Source of the DNA: Stylophora pistillata
Lineage: Eukaryota
Assembly: GCF_002571385.2 (NCBI RefSeq)
Contig: NW_019217784.1
Span: 1,414,361-1,478,360, forward strand
Reading direction: 5' to 3'
DNA length: 64,000 nucleotides
Part shown: in pieces, positions 33,842 through 59,800 of the stretch
How the letters are laid out: each line of letters starts with the position of its first letter
Numbering within the stretch: the first letter of the stretch is position 1
Position numbers and translations under genes: made by a program
Notes under the pieces: generated by a model
Databases searched by the model: none
What the model saw: only the letters and a program-made list of their open reading frames with translations
What the model was told of the DNA's origin: nothing

Positions 33842-36800
33842 ATGTCCACTAAGAAGAAACACGCTCCGTCTGTTTTACTCACCGACGAAGAAAACGACCT
33901 GATTCGAGATATGTTAGGGCAGAAGAAATATGTGAGTGAATAAGATCGAAGCATTTTTAATGTCGTTTGTGTGAGCTTTTGCAGCCCCGCAGATTTCGCA
34001 GCGAAAATTGTTTAAAGATATCGGTGTATGTTTCAATATCTAGATCAGTAGACATATACGCACAGTTTCCACGGAAAAAGGATATTCTTAATGAAAGGGA
34101 TTTTTTATAAGTAACACAAGAAGGTACTTTTCCATTTACTCGTACCAACAGAGGTCATTGGAGCAAGTTCCCGTTCAGTATCTAAAGTGAGCCAGAATGT
34201 GGGATAGATTTGCTTCAACCTTTATTGAGATTAGTTAGAAAACTCGTACTACCCTCCTGACTTGATCATTTAAGTTTTCCCGAACAACAAGACGTAAGAG
34301 TTAGCTCCTTTTAATACTACTCTGCGGTCTAATAGGCCATTGTGGTCTCTCACTGGTTTTGGTTTCACGACCCTCAATTGAAAAGTGCTCCTTTGTTCTC
34401 AAAGATAACTTGAAACACGCGATAACAAAGTGCGCACACTCTAAGGCCGTTCGCGTTTTGAAAATGTTTAATTCGCCCATTTATTCATCAATTCATTCAT
34501 TTATTTTAAATATTCGCTCGTTGGTCCGTTATTTTATATTATGCATACTTAACTATTCACTCATTCATTCATTTACTTTTCAGTCATTAGCAACAGGCGT
34601 TGTCCAGTTGTACCTCGCACTTCCAAAAGATCGAACACGATGGACTCATATCGTGACAGGAGTAGCATGCCTTGTGAAAGATGGCAACTTAAAGTCGTAT
34701 TTCATCAGAGTTCTGAACCTTATGGTGAGTGCTTTCCATTGACACATGTTATCCCAAGAAAAATTTCGAAAACTATTTCGATTTCTTTAAAATTGTACCA
34801 GGAACAAACTGGAAACGAAATGATTGAAGTGATGGGGAAATTGAGGTGGAGAGAGCTGTTACAAGTACTCGTTCAACCTCCCCCCATCAAAGGCTTTTAG
34901 GCAACTAGTAAAAGTAACACAAAATCTAACATGTTGTGGCCGTTAAGTTGTTTGTTGTTAAAACAGGCATTCAAAGAATACACGCCGTTCCAACTTCCCT
35001 TCTTACATTTAGGTTTTTTTTCCTTATTGTCACAGAGCCAAGAGATTCCATGGGAACAAGAATTGTATAAACAGTTCAAATACAGAGCCGCCACTACGAT
35101 GTTCTATACCTTCAACGCGCATGTGGGTGGTGTGAATTTGTTTAATGCTGAGGCCCTTTTAGGGGTTATTGGGAAATGCAATATCCGGGTGGAAAATTAT
35201 AGGGGTACGGAATACTTTACGAAAAAAATCAACGGGATACGGGATCCTTTAGGAAAAAAATAAACGGGATACGGGATATTTAAAATAAGGATTCTGGGAT
35301 ATCTAAATGTAACTATAGGAATACAAATAACAGGAATTACACTTAACGGGATATGGGATATTTAGGCCAAAAATTACACATAATAAGAGACGGAAGACCC
35401 AGACCCCCGCCTATAGGGTCTCAATGCCTTCTACATTTCTCCTTCTGCAGTTAAACTATAGAACTGAAATTCCTATTGATATAAAATCCGAAAATCTCAA
35501 ATCTGCCATTCCGTCTGGTAGTTGGCTTAAATATTTTTTGATACATCTGAAATCACGGAAAAAAAGTTGGCCTGAAGTATTTTCAAACAGTGTTTTCATA
35601 TTTTTCGAAACTCCCCAGTTCTTTTTAACATTTGTCTAACAAAATTTCAAGTTCATAATATATAGCTTGTGGAATTTGTTGTTAGTGGAATTTGTGGAAT
35701 TTGTTATTAGCTACTGCGCAACGAGATTAGGTGGTTTTTTTTTATGCCACTCTACTCGTTCAGATTACACTCAAAAACACTGAACAGATAAGTATCATCA
35801 AAATTATTAGATATGTAATTTTTTATTTCAGTCTCAAGTGGTTTATTTTTTTTCGGTAGGATTGTCGAGCAGGATTGAATTTCTGTGATGAGTTAGAGGC
35901 AGCTGCTTTTAAGGCAGCGATCAAGGAAAGGATCAAAGATTTCAAACGAAAAAGACAGGGTTAGATCTCTTTTCAAATCGTCGAAAAAAGAGTTTTCTCC
36001 TAAATTCGTTTCCTTATTGCATGATAGCAATGTTTGATATAACTGCAAATCCTAAAAAGGTGGTGCCGAGGGGGGTCTGGGGAGGGCAAAATAACGACAT
36101 CGATATCTTTCTTGTTTTATTAATTGTCAACGTCACTGTTTTCCAGAAATTCCATCGTTCTGATTGATCCTACACCCTCAAGTTTTGATAGTAAATTAGC
36201 TTGAATAAGACCATGTAATTATTCATCAGCAACGCCTAGTATTTTTTCCGTTAAATCGAGAGCAATATCTCCTGCAAGGTTGATCAGTATTCTCTTTCTC
36301 ATTATCTGTCCGCTTGACAGAAAGTGAAAATGCTCGAGAGAGTTGACCCTTTGGTCGCTCGTGGAAGTCAACATTTGACTAAGCATGAGCTTGAAAGTAC
36401 ATGGTCTTATTCGTGCGATCACATTGTATTGTTTTTCGGTTACCTGAATTTCTCCCTTCTCAGAGGCTCGCCAAAGAAAACTTATGGCTCAACAACAAAT
36501 GCAGTTCCAACAAATGCAACAGATGCAGCAAATGCAGCAAATGCAACAGATGCAACAAATGCAGAAACTGCATCAATTGCAACAGATGCAGTCAATGGTT
36601 GGAGGACCGATGGGCCGAGGCGTCCAAATGGTTCGATACCAGACTCTTCAAGGTCACGGCTCGTTTGCTCAGCCAAGACTTATGATGAGACCACAAGGAC
36701 CCCAGATGATGGCCCGTAAGACACATATTTCTTTCATATTGATGCCCCTCACTCCATTTATTACCCTAGTGACGTTTATCAAATATGTTAGTGATCGAGT

Positions 36801-39800
36801 CGACTGAAAAAATTAACTTTTGTAGAGTTAGCCATTGTGGAATTACCAGGCTCCGAGAACAACATTTCCAGAGAGGTCCCGGTCGCATCTCTAGGTATTA
36901 TTGCTTTGAGTAGAACTCTCTTTCAAAGAATACTTAAGGGAAACATTTTTCTCTTCAATTGCAGCTCGCCCTAGGTCACCAATGCCTATGCGACCACAGT
37001 CTCCTCAGGCACCCATGCAAATGCGACGAGGAATGCCAAGAGGAATGGGACCAGCTAGACCCGCCTCTCCCCAGCCTCCCACTCAGCCGGTTTGTTCCAC
37101 TGCGCCTCAGACGAAAAGACCTGTAGAAAACAATCTACAAAGAAGACCACCGCCCCAGACTCCCACCTACGGTAAAGTTAAACTTCAGACGTGATTATAT
37201 TATAAACTTTACCATCCATTTGAAATAGTTTATAACGACAATGACAAAGTAAACCGATCTTTGGCGACAAAGGTCCACACTTAGTTTGCTCTCTTACGTG
37301 TGAATTTACCAGATTACTTGAAGTCATTAAAACACCAAGACTCGTACAAGGCTTCTGTGCAATAAAATTAGCCTTGGGGTCCTTACATATTTCAATTTTT
37401 TTGGTAGATTCTGTTAATCAAAGACCTGAAAGAGCTGCATCAACGAAGCCGATACAGAAGCAAGTAGAAGAACCTATATACGAGGCTATGCCAAAAACTG
37501 ACCAGGCACGAGAGCGAGAAGATGTTTCAAAAAGTGGTTAGTGATGGCAAAATGGGGGTTTGAGATTTTTAACAAGCTCTATCAAATCTGGCCTCCTCGA
37601 TCAAACTTCTACTTCCTCTGATTAAATTATTGTTTTTGCGTCACAGAAGTCGCAGCCAATGCCACTGCAACAGAATCAGTCGCACAGCAGAATATTACTA
37701 CAACCGATCCAGATTTGGACAAGAAATCAAAGAAAGAAAAGAAAGAAAAGAAAGGTGCACATTTAGATGAAACTGCACCACCAAACCGAGTCATGGCATA
37801 AAAGATGAAAGACATTTTAAACCAATTCAGGCAACACGTTTAATTACAGGGATGGCTTTAGCATCAACCACACGAGCGCGTATTTTAACTAAAGAAAAGT
37901 TTTCCCTGTGTCTGCTATGGATCCACGCGTAAATCACTGTTTTTCTCCAAAATAAACAATGTAACAATCAGAAAAAACACCCCCCATCCCCCTCCCCCCT
38001 CTCCATATGGACTAATTTCGTACCCAAATGCTATCGTTTAACCGTAACTGAAATGTAGGGACCTCACAACCGCTTGGCCGTAGAGGGGCTGGGTACGAGA
38101 CCACCGAGGGGCCAGTCTTTCCAAACTCACCTTTCTTCTAAAGTAGATTTGTTATAACAGGTTTCTTTGGAGGCCTTTTCAAGAAAAATACAAAAGAGTC
38201 TGAGGGAAAGTCAAAAGCTAAGGATGCTAAAAAAAACCCGGATCCAGTTTCCGCCCAAAGCCAGGCTGCAAGTCCGTCGCAAGGTAAAGTTGCAATTAAA
38301 GCAAACTGTAATGCTACTCTATATGGTGGGGATGGTAGAAGGTAACAGTGTACAAGCCTCAGCAGTAATTCAATGTTGGACGACAAGATAACAGGAGTGT
38401 AGCATGGTTAAGTTATTCAAAGGCTGTGCTCTCTCCTCGGAGTGTATTTTAAAGCTATCTGAAAAGATAAATTGGTAATTGAAATCTTGAGCCATAAGCA
38501 GAGGAGTTGCAAGCGTTTCAGTGAGTAGATGTTGCCGAAATAAAGTGGAATAACAGACAGACTGTCGACAGACTTTTGCAGTTAGTATTTACAACTGATT
38601 TTAATCAGGAGCCCAGCCCTTTTGAGATTGCATCCCGGTAGATGATGTGAGTACAATTTAGCCGATGATAGGATGAAAGTTTAACGATATGATGTTCGTG
38701 CGTTGTCATTTTACAGAGCCTACTCCTTCGCCACAATCAGCTCCACCACCCACCAAAGCCCCGGGTGCTCCAACATCTCCGCCTGCCTCTATAGCTCCAC
38801 CCCCTCCACCTGCCCCATCTGGTTCGTCCCCAATGGGCCCACCGGGGGTCACAGCTGCGACTCCTACCTTGACACAGGTAGAAGCATCATCCTTCCCACC
38901 TGGGTCAGATGTCGGATCAATTGCTCCACCACCACCTCCACCGCCACCACCGCCACCGCCACTGCCACCACCCGCGCCCCTTGTTCCTCCTTTGATGGAA
39001 TTCCAAATCTCTAATACTATGGAAAACTTTGTGAGCTCAATCGGAGCGGGAGGCGATGAGCCAGCGTCGTTTTTAGACAGTATACTTGCGGGACCACAGC
39101 TTAAAAGGGTCGGTAGAGTGTTTATTTCCGTACTCTTTAATATAGGTAAGGTTTAATTCCTTTAACCAACAAATTAGACAGCGTTGCGGTATTAATACTA
39201 CAATTAAAATTTTGAACTACTATGTAATACTGCACATGTACGACCTGTGCATTTTCGTTGACCATAGCTCCGTGGGAAAGTCACCTATTGCTTTTCTGGG
39301 TTTAAACTAAGCTCGGAAATTTCATTAATTTGTCTGTCTTTCGTCTTTCTTGCGCATTTTTTCGTTCGTTCGATCAAGTCCCCTCGTTCCCTCTTTGTTC
39401 CTTCTTCGTGCGCCCTTTGTTCCTCCTTCATCCCTTCGTTCCTTCTTTGTACCCTCTTTGTTCCTTCTTCGTCCCTTCGTTCCTTCTTCGTTCCTTCTTC
39501 GTTCCTTCTTCGTTTCTTCTTAGTTCCTTTTACGTTCCTCCGCTCCTTTGCTCACTCTTACCTTGGCTCGTTCTTTTACTCGTTCCTTCTTGGGTTTGTA
39601 AATTCATTCAACCATCTACTACGATATTCATTGTTTACTTTGCAGTTCTTGTTTGTCACCAAGTTTATTTGTGTATTCATCTACTGGCGCTTTCAGGTTG
39701 ATAGATCAGCTGCCCCTCCGCCAAAACCCAAAGAAGAATTTACTGGAATGTTGGGAAACTTAGCTCGTGCATTAGATGAAAGGCACAAAGTGATGCATTC

Positions 39801-40466
39801 TTCAGGTAACGTGACCTGGCCTCTTTCCTTTTCGGTCTGACTAATATTTCTTTTGTATCGTACTAATCAGCGGCGATGTCACAACATCCTTTCAATCAGT
39901 ATCATATATTGTGTGTGAGAAATGGTGACCTGATTGTTTGCGCGCTGATTGACCGATAGAAAGGTCTGGGTTCCAGCCGCGGTAGGGGGCATTATGTTGT
40001 GTCAACAATTCCTCTTACAGTCTCTCCTCGAAGTCAATAAGTGTGTGCCGGTACACTTTCGGGGAAATATGAAGAAATGTTGTTGATTAGGCGATAACTG
40101 ACCAGCCTTCCAGGGAGTAATCCTATTACCAACCTGAGTCCCCAAAACCCACGCTACGAACGGCTACCGAGGTAGTCTCGTGTGCATAATCACTCGCAGA
40201 TGGCCCTGGCCATCTACGAGTGTCTTGTTCAGCTCGATTTCCTCTGTTTCCTCGGATACGGTCTTCGATCCTCCTGAGAAGACCTTGAAAGTCGGCTGGT
40301 AATTGAGTCCAAAGTATTGTTTGATTATTCTTCGATTAATAAGTTAATTCCATGGATTTCCTTGTATATATCTCTGTATTGTTTCGTACTTTCCACAGAC
40401 GAAGATGATGATGATGATGAAGACGACGACTATGACGATGATGATGACGAAGATTGGTCAGATTAA
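33842..40466 (+). CDS. WASP/N-WASP-like actin nucleation-promoting factor (WH1, Gln/Met-rich, basic, Pro-rich, WH2-C-A), 12 exons, ~601 aa
   Basis: Exons 33842-33931, 34584-34724, 35036-35122, 35860-35959, 36464-36715, 36965-37171, 37408-37536, 37647-37754, 38161-38283, 38717-39108, 39697-39805, 40399-40466 total 1806 nt in frame. WH1 (VVQLYLA..W...TGVACLVKD...SYFIR, WEQELY, AGLNF.D..EA..F), polyproline, WH2 (FLDSILAGPQLKRV), C (LARALDERH) and acidic DDEDWSD. Confidence 0.88.
35149..35423. mobile_element. Small TIR element in WASP-like intron 3
   Basis: TGAGGCCCT..AGGGG at the left and CCCC.CCTATAGGGTCTCA at the right, with ATGC on both flanks (4-bp TSD) and internal ACGGGATA repeats. Confidence 0.55.
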
Positions 40467-40792
40467 CTCTTTGCACGTCCCCGTGCCGTAGTCGTACTAA
40501 ACATTTTTTAGCCTGATACATTGTTTGTACAACAGAAATGAGTCTCGTATAATTAAAGTCAAACCCAATTCACGGTGAATGGTTCAAGAGACTGACCACC
40601 CTTCCTTCCCTCCCCCCCTTATTCCTATAAACAGCTCTGGGAACGACAAATTCACCACACTGCTGCTGTACTCTGATTGGGGAAAGTGCCTCGTATTAGA
40701 AAGGCGAAGCGTAAGTTCGTTCCTTACGACGTAGTGCCCCTCAACCATCTGTTCTTTTTCCCCACCCCGCCCCAACTTTGTTGCTTAAAAAC

Positions 40793-40903
40793 AATAAACG
40801 TGCGCGTGTCACTCAAATGATAATTTATTTCTGGAACGTAAATGTATGCAGAACTAAAACGATAAACTTTAGGAAAACAAAATTTCGATTACAAATGTTT
40901 ATT
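40793..40903. terminator. Convergent polyadenylation signals of the WASP-like (+) and MEF2 (-) genes
   Basis: AATAAA at ~40793 (+) and TTTATT at 40898-40903 (AATAAA on -). Use of the latter would give a ~2.1-kb MEF2 3' UTR. Confidence 0.45.
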
Positions 40904-41125
40904 GTTATAGAGTACAAGAGAAATCTATCGATTTGAGTATTCTGTTCTGTCAAAAAACACAACCACGCTTCCGCGTTATATATCTTACTTTTAATTGGTT
41001 ATCTAACCGCCTTGACCTAGTTCTCATTCTAGTTACAATTCGGAATACATTGATTTTGTAACTGACTGAGACGTTACGCAGCAAATCCAGTGTGCATGCT
41101 GCGCAGATAGCCATTTCCGAGTCAA

Positions 41126-41161
<36 letters not shown>

Positions 41162-43029
41162 ACCTCTCATGTGACTTCAAGTTTTCATTCGCATTTGCAG
41201 ATTAAACCCATTTTTCATGCGAGTGGTTGAGCACCAAGTCTTGTTTAGAAAAGGGGCCAAACGTAATACAGAAATGGCCTAATCGGGCGAGCAAATCTGA
41301 CGCTTGGGTGCTCTGTTTCAGACCTAAGTTTTCGCGATTTTACATAAGCAGTTTTTGAGGAAAATCTGTTTTTCTTCCTTTTCGGAATCTACAAGGAATA
41401 CGGGCAAATGCTACGTCTTGAGCTAGTAGCTACACCTATCCGATGGCATTATATCTTAGCATTCGACTAAAAAAGGAAAACCGAATTCACCGCTTGAAGG
41501 AAACCTTTCCATGTTTAAATCTCTTGTTTGAAAGCAGTAAAAAAATCTCAGTGTTGACATCCATCGTCCACAACATAGTATAAAACAAAAAAAGGAACAA
41601 AATGTAGATTAACAGGCGCTTAAGTAAACATCCCAAAATACCCTTGCCAAGTCAGACGTTCCAAACGAGTTCTTGAGTGAGCCCTTAACATTTTAAGATG
41701 CAAGACACATCCAGTCAAATTTTCTCGTGTTAGGAATTAAAAAATTAAGCAATTATTCACTACCAATTAACATCACCCTTGCAGAGTTTCATTTCTCCGA
41801 TATAACTTTACATAATTGCACACTTAAGAATATATCAACCGCTAATATACGAGGTGCTATACTCTATCCTTAAAAAATCCCAAGTTATGTCTCACATATA
41901 CTATTAAATGTGAAAATAAACTACGATATTAAGATTTCCAGCTAATAAACCGGAAACTGTCTAAAACAAAATCAGTTTCAAAAGCGCCCTTGGCCCTGCA
42001 AAGCGAATTCAGTATCTAAATTATAAAACTGCCTTTGGCAAAAGACTTGTTTAAATGAAAATACAAAACTACACCGTAGTCAAAATTAACGTTACATTAA
42101 CTTTTTCGTGCTGTGTACAGCCACGCTGTTCTGGTTGCATGTATCTATTGATTATTAAATTTTTCTCAGGGGTTTAAGAGGGGGGGGAGAGAGTAGGAGT
42201 TAATTAATTCTCTATTGAATATATGTTTTTGAGTAATATTTACAAGAAAAAAAAAAAATACCAAATAACAAAAATGTACATATAATCCAAGGCTGCTATT
42301 GAAAGTCACTTTCACCAGACAAAAAAAGGTCTACGTGTTACCCTCCTATAGTTTCGACAAATAAAATTACTATGATACCATTCGATAATTATCAGAAACG
42401 AAACAGCCAAATGAATAACATATAGTACAGCAAAATATTCAAATGTTATCAATTAATCAGTTGTAGGGTGAACTTGCAATAAATACCAATTTTGATGTCA
42501 GATTTTTACGCCTTCGCACAACTACATCTCACATAAACTTCGTAGCTTATTTGACGATGAACCTGATTTTTCTTTTTTCACTTACTTTGTGTCTGGTTCA
42601 GTATTCAAAGCGAACTGAGAAAGTTTTAAGTCTAGGGTACACAGGCAACTCAGCTTATCTTCTTGACAGCTGAGGTTGCACTTTCAAAAATGAGGATGGT
42701 GCCTCCTGAAATGACAGACAGGGAGAATACACTATTCTGCAATGGCTAATATCTTCACATGCGTCTTAAGTTTTTCCCCCTCAGGATATAATTACAATTT
42801 TTATGCTCTCAAGGGGTCAGGTCCTGCCTATTTTACTAAACCGATTATAAAATAGTAAACAGGAAGCAAGAAAAAAAGCTTCCTACAAAATATAATATTG
42901 ATAACAGCCTTGGTGAAGACATGATGCCTGCATCACATTATTAAGATTACTTCTTTTTTGCCAAAAAACGAAAACACGAATAAACCTAAATCATCTATTT
43001 CCTGTATATAAAATTTTCATCCTGCTTTT

Positions 43030-53825
<10,796 letters not shown>

Positions 53826-56800
53826 TTTGTGCTTTGCTTTCTTCGGGCTGTCGATAATTTCTAGTTTTGAAGGGGGGCTCCTGGCCAGAGTTGAACTACA
53901 GTGAGTCCGATCGTTTGAGGCGTCTAGCGCGGTTGATCTGTAAAAATGAACAGATTGAAGCAACAAAGTGAGTTCATTAAATGATTAACAAGTACCAGCT
54001 AGTAGTCTCGCCACTGTCGACAAAGACTGCCTATCAACAACGTTTTTCTCAAGATTCCTACTCGTACAATTTGCGGTTCGTAATGATGGCAGAGTTCGAT
54101 CGTCGTTCTCGTCTGTAAATTGCACTTCAAGATGAACTTACAGGGAAAGAACACTTCTTCCTCCGCTTTCGAAGCGATCTTTCATTGCGTTAAATGATGT
54201 CATGCCGTTTACAATCAGTGATTTTCGCCGGGGATCTTAGCGCGAATGATCTCACTCAGGAAGCATTCCTCACGGAACTTCCACGCTACAGCCACGGAAC
54301 AGACTACTGTGTTCGAAAGCGGTGAGGTTCTCGTCGAAAGCAACGTCCCTCTCTTCACAGAAGTCGAAAACTAAGGCCGGAAACGTTGCTCAATTCGTAT
54401 AATCTTGAACCATGTCCAACGTTCGAGGTCCGCTCGCGTTGAAACTGGACTTTGTTTGTGTAGAGAAAACGATCTTACTTCACAGTCTACGCCATCTTAC
54501 TTCACTTCTCCAAAAATATTTTACACTGGAAATAGTCTGGCAAGATTGGAGATAATATGGCTTGACTTAACAAAGATGAAAGCAACCAAGTTCGCCCGAC
54601 AGATGCATTCAAACATATGTGTACGATGACTCAGTTCCCGCGAAATACACACGAGACAACTACCTTAGTGAATTAAATAACGAACCATACCCTTGTGTTA
54701 TCGCCGCGCGCACATGAAAATTCGTTTATGTGGAATGGACGAAACCAATTTTCCCCCAACATTATGACACGCTTTATATACTTTTGAGATTCGTCGCAAC
54801 ATGAACCTACCAAAGACAACAGTCGAAGATGGCGAGAAAATGTTTCGGTTTTTATATCTTCGCCTGTCGAGACCTGAAACCACGATCGACACTCGGTTCG
54901 AATCAGTTGTCCTTGCAAGATAACATCAACCTTCTTACTTCTGCAGTTAAACGAAACAACAATTGCAAGCAACCTTCGATCGAAGAAAACGAAAGATGCT
55001 ACAAGTAAATCGATTTAGCAAAACATCAGGGAAAACCATGAATCTCCAGACGACAGAAAATTCGCAGGTTACCGCTCAGACATGGCGTAAGCGAAGTCGC
55101 AGATTTCCATGCATCGAATTGTGACAAGATACCATTAATTTTACCTAATTCATTGATAGATTGTGGCAGACCAGGGACTGAAACCTCGAACAAACGACAG
55201 TGTAACTAACAACGGTTACTGCTCTGCATAGGATTGCCTAAAACTGCAAGCGAAAGGGAACGTAATCATCAGCTCTCCACTAAGTCAAAACAAGAATTTG
55301 ATGCCTACTAAACGACCATTTAAACGTTAGGGTGAATAAAATAACCTTTCGAAATCGTAAGGCTATTTCTTTGGCTGTTTATACTTCACTGTAGACGGAA
55401 ATAAAAATTCAAAGATCTATTTTTACCCACCAGTAGATACGCCTTTTCACAACAGCTGCTCTGACAATGTGTATACCATTCGATCTATTTGTGGAACAAC
55501 TTCGAGTGAGAAAAGTGCTCCGGGAATTTGCATTTTGGGAGGGACATGATGTCACTGTGATGTCATTGCACCTTAGGGAGAATTTACCATGCGATCCGAC
55601 GCATCAACCTATAGTCCAATGCTTCCCAAAACCCAGTTTTGGGCGAGATTTCTCTTTCAAATGTTGTAAACAGAGACCCAAGATATAGCTATGCGTGGGA
55701 AAAACATAACAACAAGCTTTATTTTTATAGACTATCAGAAAAAATTTACAGTAAATTAAAGAAACGTGAGTTCGCACATGTAACTCTAGACTCGCTTCCC
55801 TTAAATGGGCCCACAGCTGACAGTCATGTTTATTGGGTTACGATCGAAAAACGACAGATGAATGTTAACATTAAGCTAGTTACTTACCTGAAAAAATTTG
55901 ACGAATTTCTTGTAAAATAGCGCTTAAGGCACCTCGAGATTCCAGAGAAAGCTTAACAACATGCAGCGCAGTCAAGAAAAAAATTCTCCTTGTTGTAGTG
56001 TTTGGTTACTATAGTTGTCGCTGACGTCATTCTAAAGCTTCCTGTTTTCTTTCCCTTTCCAATTTACATGCGGAACAAAAATCACTTTTTTTTCCCCAGA
56101 AATCGAAGAAGAACGCTTCGCTAATGGGCTCTGCTTCCGTACATTTTAAAGTTCCAATTTGTTAGTGCCACGGTGAAAGGAAAGATTCCTAGAAAAGTTA
56201 TTAAAAACAAAAACAAAATCGAAATATTTCGCTCCGGTAACCGGAAGAAGACGGCTAAGGTTGTCAATCCCTATAACTTTCGAACTCACCGCCATCTAAT
56301 TCTTCCCCTTTCCTACTTTTCGAAACACAGGCAATAACGTCAAATCTATGTTCAGACCTGTCAATGGCGTTTCAGTTTTGCGAGCGATCAGTGGTTTATT
56401 TTCCTTCCACTTCTTACATTTGCCTTCTACATTTGTTGTCAAATCCTCCGTTGCAGTAGGGAAAAACCCGACGTGAATTTCAAATGAAACCACATGCATT
56501 TGCATAAAATTTCTCGTTCCTCCGCAAACCGCCGACATCGTCAGCAGACATCAACAGTCACGTTCCCAAACTGAAGTTTCTCTCAACCGACCAAAATATT
56601 TTTTTTTACTTTTTGAAGATTTATCGATTTGGAAGTGTTTATTGAGCTTGTAATCTCTGTTAAGTATTTTGTGATATTCTACCAGAAAATGGGAAATTTT
56701 CGAGATCCCTAGGATATGCGATCTCTCTAAATTTCATTTGCCTGAAGGTCTCACTGTTGTCCCAGCTTTTCGTCACGTGATTTTGTCAATCAAAAGAGCA

Positions 56801-59800
56801 TTTCATGTTGACGGCAATTTTCTAAAATTGAGAGAGAAATCAATTTTTTTTTCTTCTTTAAAGTGCCAAAACTAGGTGTCATTGTTTGAAAATTCATCTC
56901 TCGATTTGAAAGATGTACCTCGCCTGCGTTTGTAGATTCTTACAAGTTCGTTCTCAGTTTTCCCTGAAGGGATCGAAAAACGGCCTTTGGAATATCATGT
57001 CATGTCAGTTGGTTGTTTCAAATTGCACTTTTTAATTTGTTCCACAATATTAGTATTTTAATGTTTATCGGTGGCTGATTCATTTTTCAGAGGGAAAAAT
57101 AACTCGGTGATCTCTGTTCGAAGGAGTTTGTGGAAGATTTTATTCAATATCGACTGGAAATTTTTGAATCACATAAGGGGTGAAATTTGCGATCATTACG
57201 CTGTGGAAACACCAATTTTTGCATACCATTTCAGGCAAAAGGAAGCGATCCAAACTACAGCGTCTCATTCGTTATTTCGCTGCTAAAACCACGACAAACT
57301 TCAGCACCTTTGAAAAATTACATGATCTAGTATGACATCCGCAATCCGCAATCCGCTCTCAGCTGAAAGCGTAGTTTCAGAAGCCCTATAAGCAGACTGA
57401 ATTTTTGTGACCAGTAATAAGCTTTAAATAATTCAGTGCGTAGTTGTACAAAGCTGTCGAACAGCACGTGTGCCTGAAACTTAAGTTTGAACCTTGAGCG
57501 CTCTCAGTCGGGTGTCGATTAAGTAAATGGATCAAGGGCAAGAGTAACATATTTCATCATCTAAATAGTGTCTAACTCTGAGACAAGTGAAAGCTTACGA
57601 AGAATGACAATTTTGACATAATGATCCTTTGTTGTTCTTCTCGACACAACAGGTTTTTTTTTAGTTACAAGGTTGATAGTCAGAGAAAATGATCCAAGTT
57701 TGACTTTTTCGTATCAGTAGGAATAGCGCATTCTTTGACACAGTCGAGATTCGAGAAAGTTTCCTACAAGATGCTCGAAGATGGCTCAGTTCAAGTACAT
57801 CACGCTTTTAATCATCTGCGGCTTCACAGCACATGTTCAAAGGATAAGGTGTGAAATATAATTGTAGCTTCGCCGTTGGATCGAAAGTACCACACATAGA
57901 GAGGAACACAAGAATCCCTCGACAGCTTAGCAGCACTGATACAAAAGAATATGAATTCCGAATAATTCCAAACTGGAACGCATCCTTACTTTTACAGGAA
58001 TCAGCTGAGTAATACGGCGAATTCACAAACACACAAAATTTCAGAATCCGCTCCCTTCGAAAGAAAACTTCTACCCATTGCAAGGTATGTAAATAGGACG
58101 AGGCTGTTTGAACTGAAATATCGTGCAAGAGCTGATATTCGCCAAGAAGGTGTGCACTTGATAATTCGTTCATAATTACATAAACTCAGCAAATAAACGA
58201 GCAACATTTTTTACCCTTTTCAAAACTTTTATCTGACAGTTGAGAAGAACGTGTGCAAAGGAATGGAAAGAGAATCAGCCTGATTAGAGGGTCAAAGAAC
58301 ATACAGTTTAAGAGCCTTCTCAGTAATTGTAAATTGACATTAAACTCATCTGTGATGTACTTACAAAAATAGTTGAAACATAAGATCTACTACTTCAGGA
58401 AGAAACAGGTTAAATTTCGATTTCAATTAGCTAAGACATGCTCCAAATTTTATTATCATTTTTAAAACACATCAAAAGGTTGGGGATAATTCGAAGCTAA
58501 TGTGAGAAAACTTCTTCCGAGATGAAGTGTTTCTAACAAAGCAGTCATATTTCATAATACTGTCGGGCAAGGTGAACATGCTCTGATTCGCTTTCGACCT
58601 TCGCCATAGTTTTTGCCCTAAAAAAAAAACCCGATCGAGAAAGTATCTCGAAATCAAAGACCTCAAACTAGTCACAGACTTCAGATAAGGCTGTATTTAC
58701 TATTCGGAAATGGGATAAAACGTGTTTCATACGATGAAACAACGCTGTTGGCTTTAGAAGAGGTACCATTAGAAAAAAATAGATGTACATTAGGTCGGTA
58801 ACCCGCGTAACTTCGTATAAAATGCAAATAACATACCTTCAAAAGCTTTCATTTCATGTACCTTTTTTTTTTATCTGATTTAAAAAAAAAAAATTAACGC
58901 AACATTTTCATTTACGATGATGAAATAGAATATGTCGTCAACTGCTTATCAAGCAGACACGCAGTTTCTCTACTTAGAGAGAGGAGCTTCGTCTCTCGCA
59001 GACACAAAAAACGCACTTTTTTGTCTATGTACACGTGTTGAAATCAATTACTGCTAATGAATTAGACCACAAAGTCAAACTCTGCCCCAGGATGAGTTTA
59101 CAAATAGCTGCTCTGTTTGAATGATTACATTTTGAAGTTACAAGTTTGATTTATCATGGTCAGCTGCAGCCGTCAAGACCGTAATAGGAGTCAATAAACC
59201 GTGAGGCGTAAATATATCACAGTGAGGTAACAAAGAATAATTCGTACCACCTGAAAATCATGTGAATATTGTCACGCCTTCAGTAAGTGGAATTTCATCA
59301 TGCGAGACTAAATACGGCGTAAAGACAATTGACGAAAATAAATCAGACAACTTTTTCGATTTCAGGTGCGAATGCAAGTAAAATAATTTTATCCCTTTTT
59401 TTTTTACAGCGCTTATACGAGAAAAAAAATGGCAAAACATACCCCGTCGCAAACTTAACCGGGTGAAAATTAACCAGTTAAAATTCAAGCCAAACTATTT
59501 CTCAAAGTATGGACTAAGTCACTAAACAACCTTGAACGCCACTAAGAGCTACGTAGGAGCTACATAATAACAACTTCCAAATCTATCAAGACGAGCAAGT
59601 TTCTCAATCTAGCCAAGAAGCTCCAGTACACCTGAAAAAGCTGTGAAAATCTGGGAGATTCGTAAGATTTGAGAGACATTGAAAGTCGTAGTCAAACGGG
59701 GTATACACTGTATCCCAGAATAACTAAGGCGCATTGACTTCATTTATTATCTGATCCGTCACTTGAGCCTAACCGTGACTAGGCAAATGTTGAAAGCACA

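Noticed and set aside
39330-39701. Phe/Leu/Pro/Ser-rich ORF
   Set aside because: Pyrimidine-rich low-complexity intron sequence.
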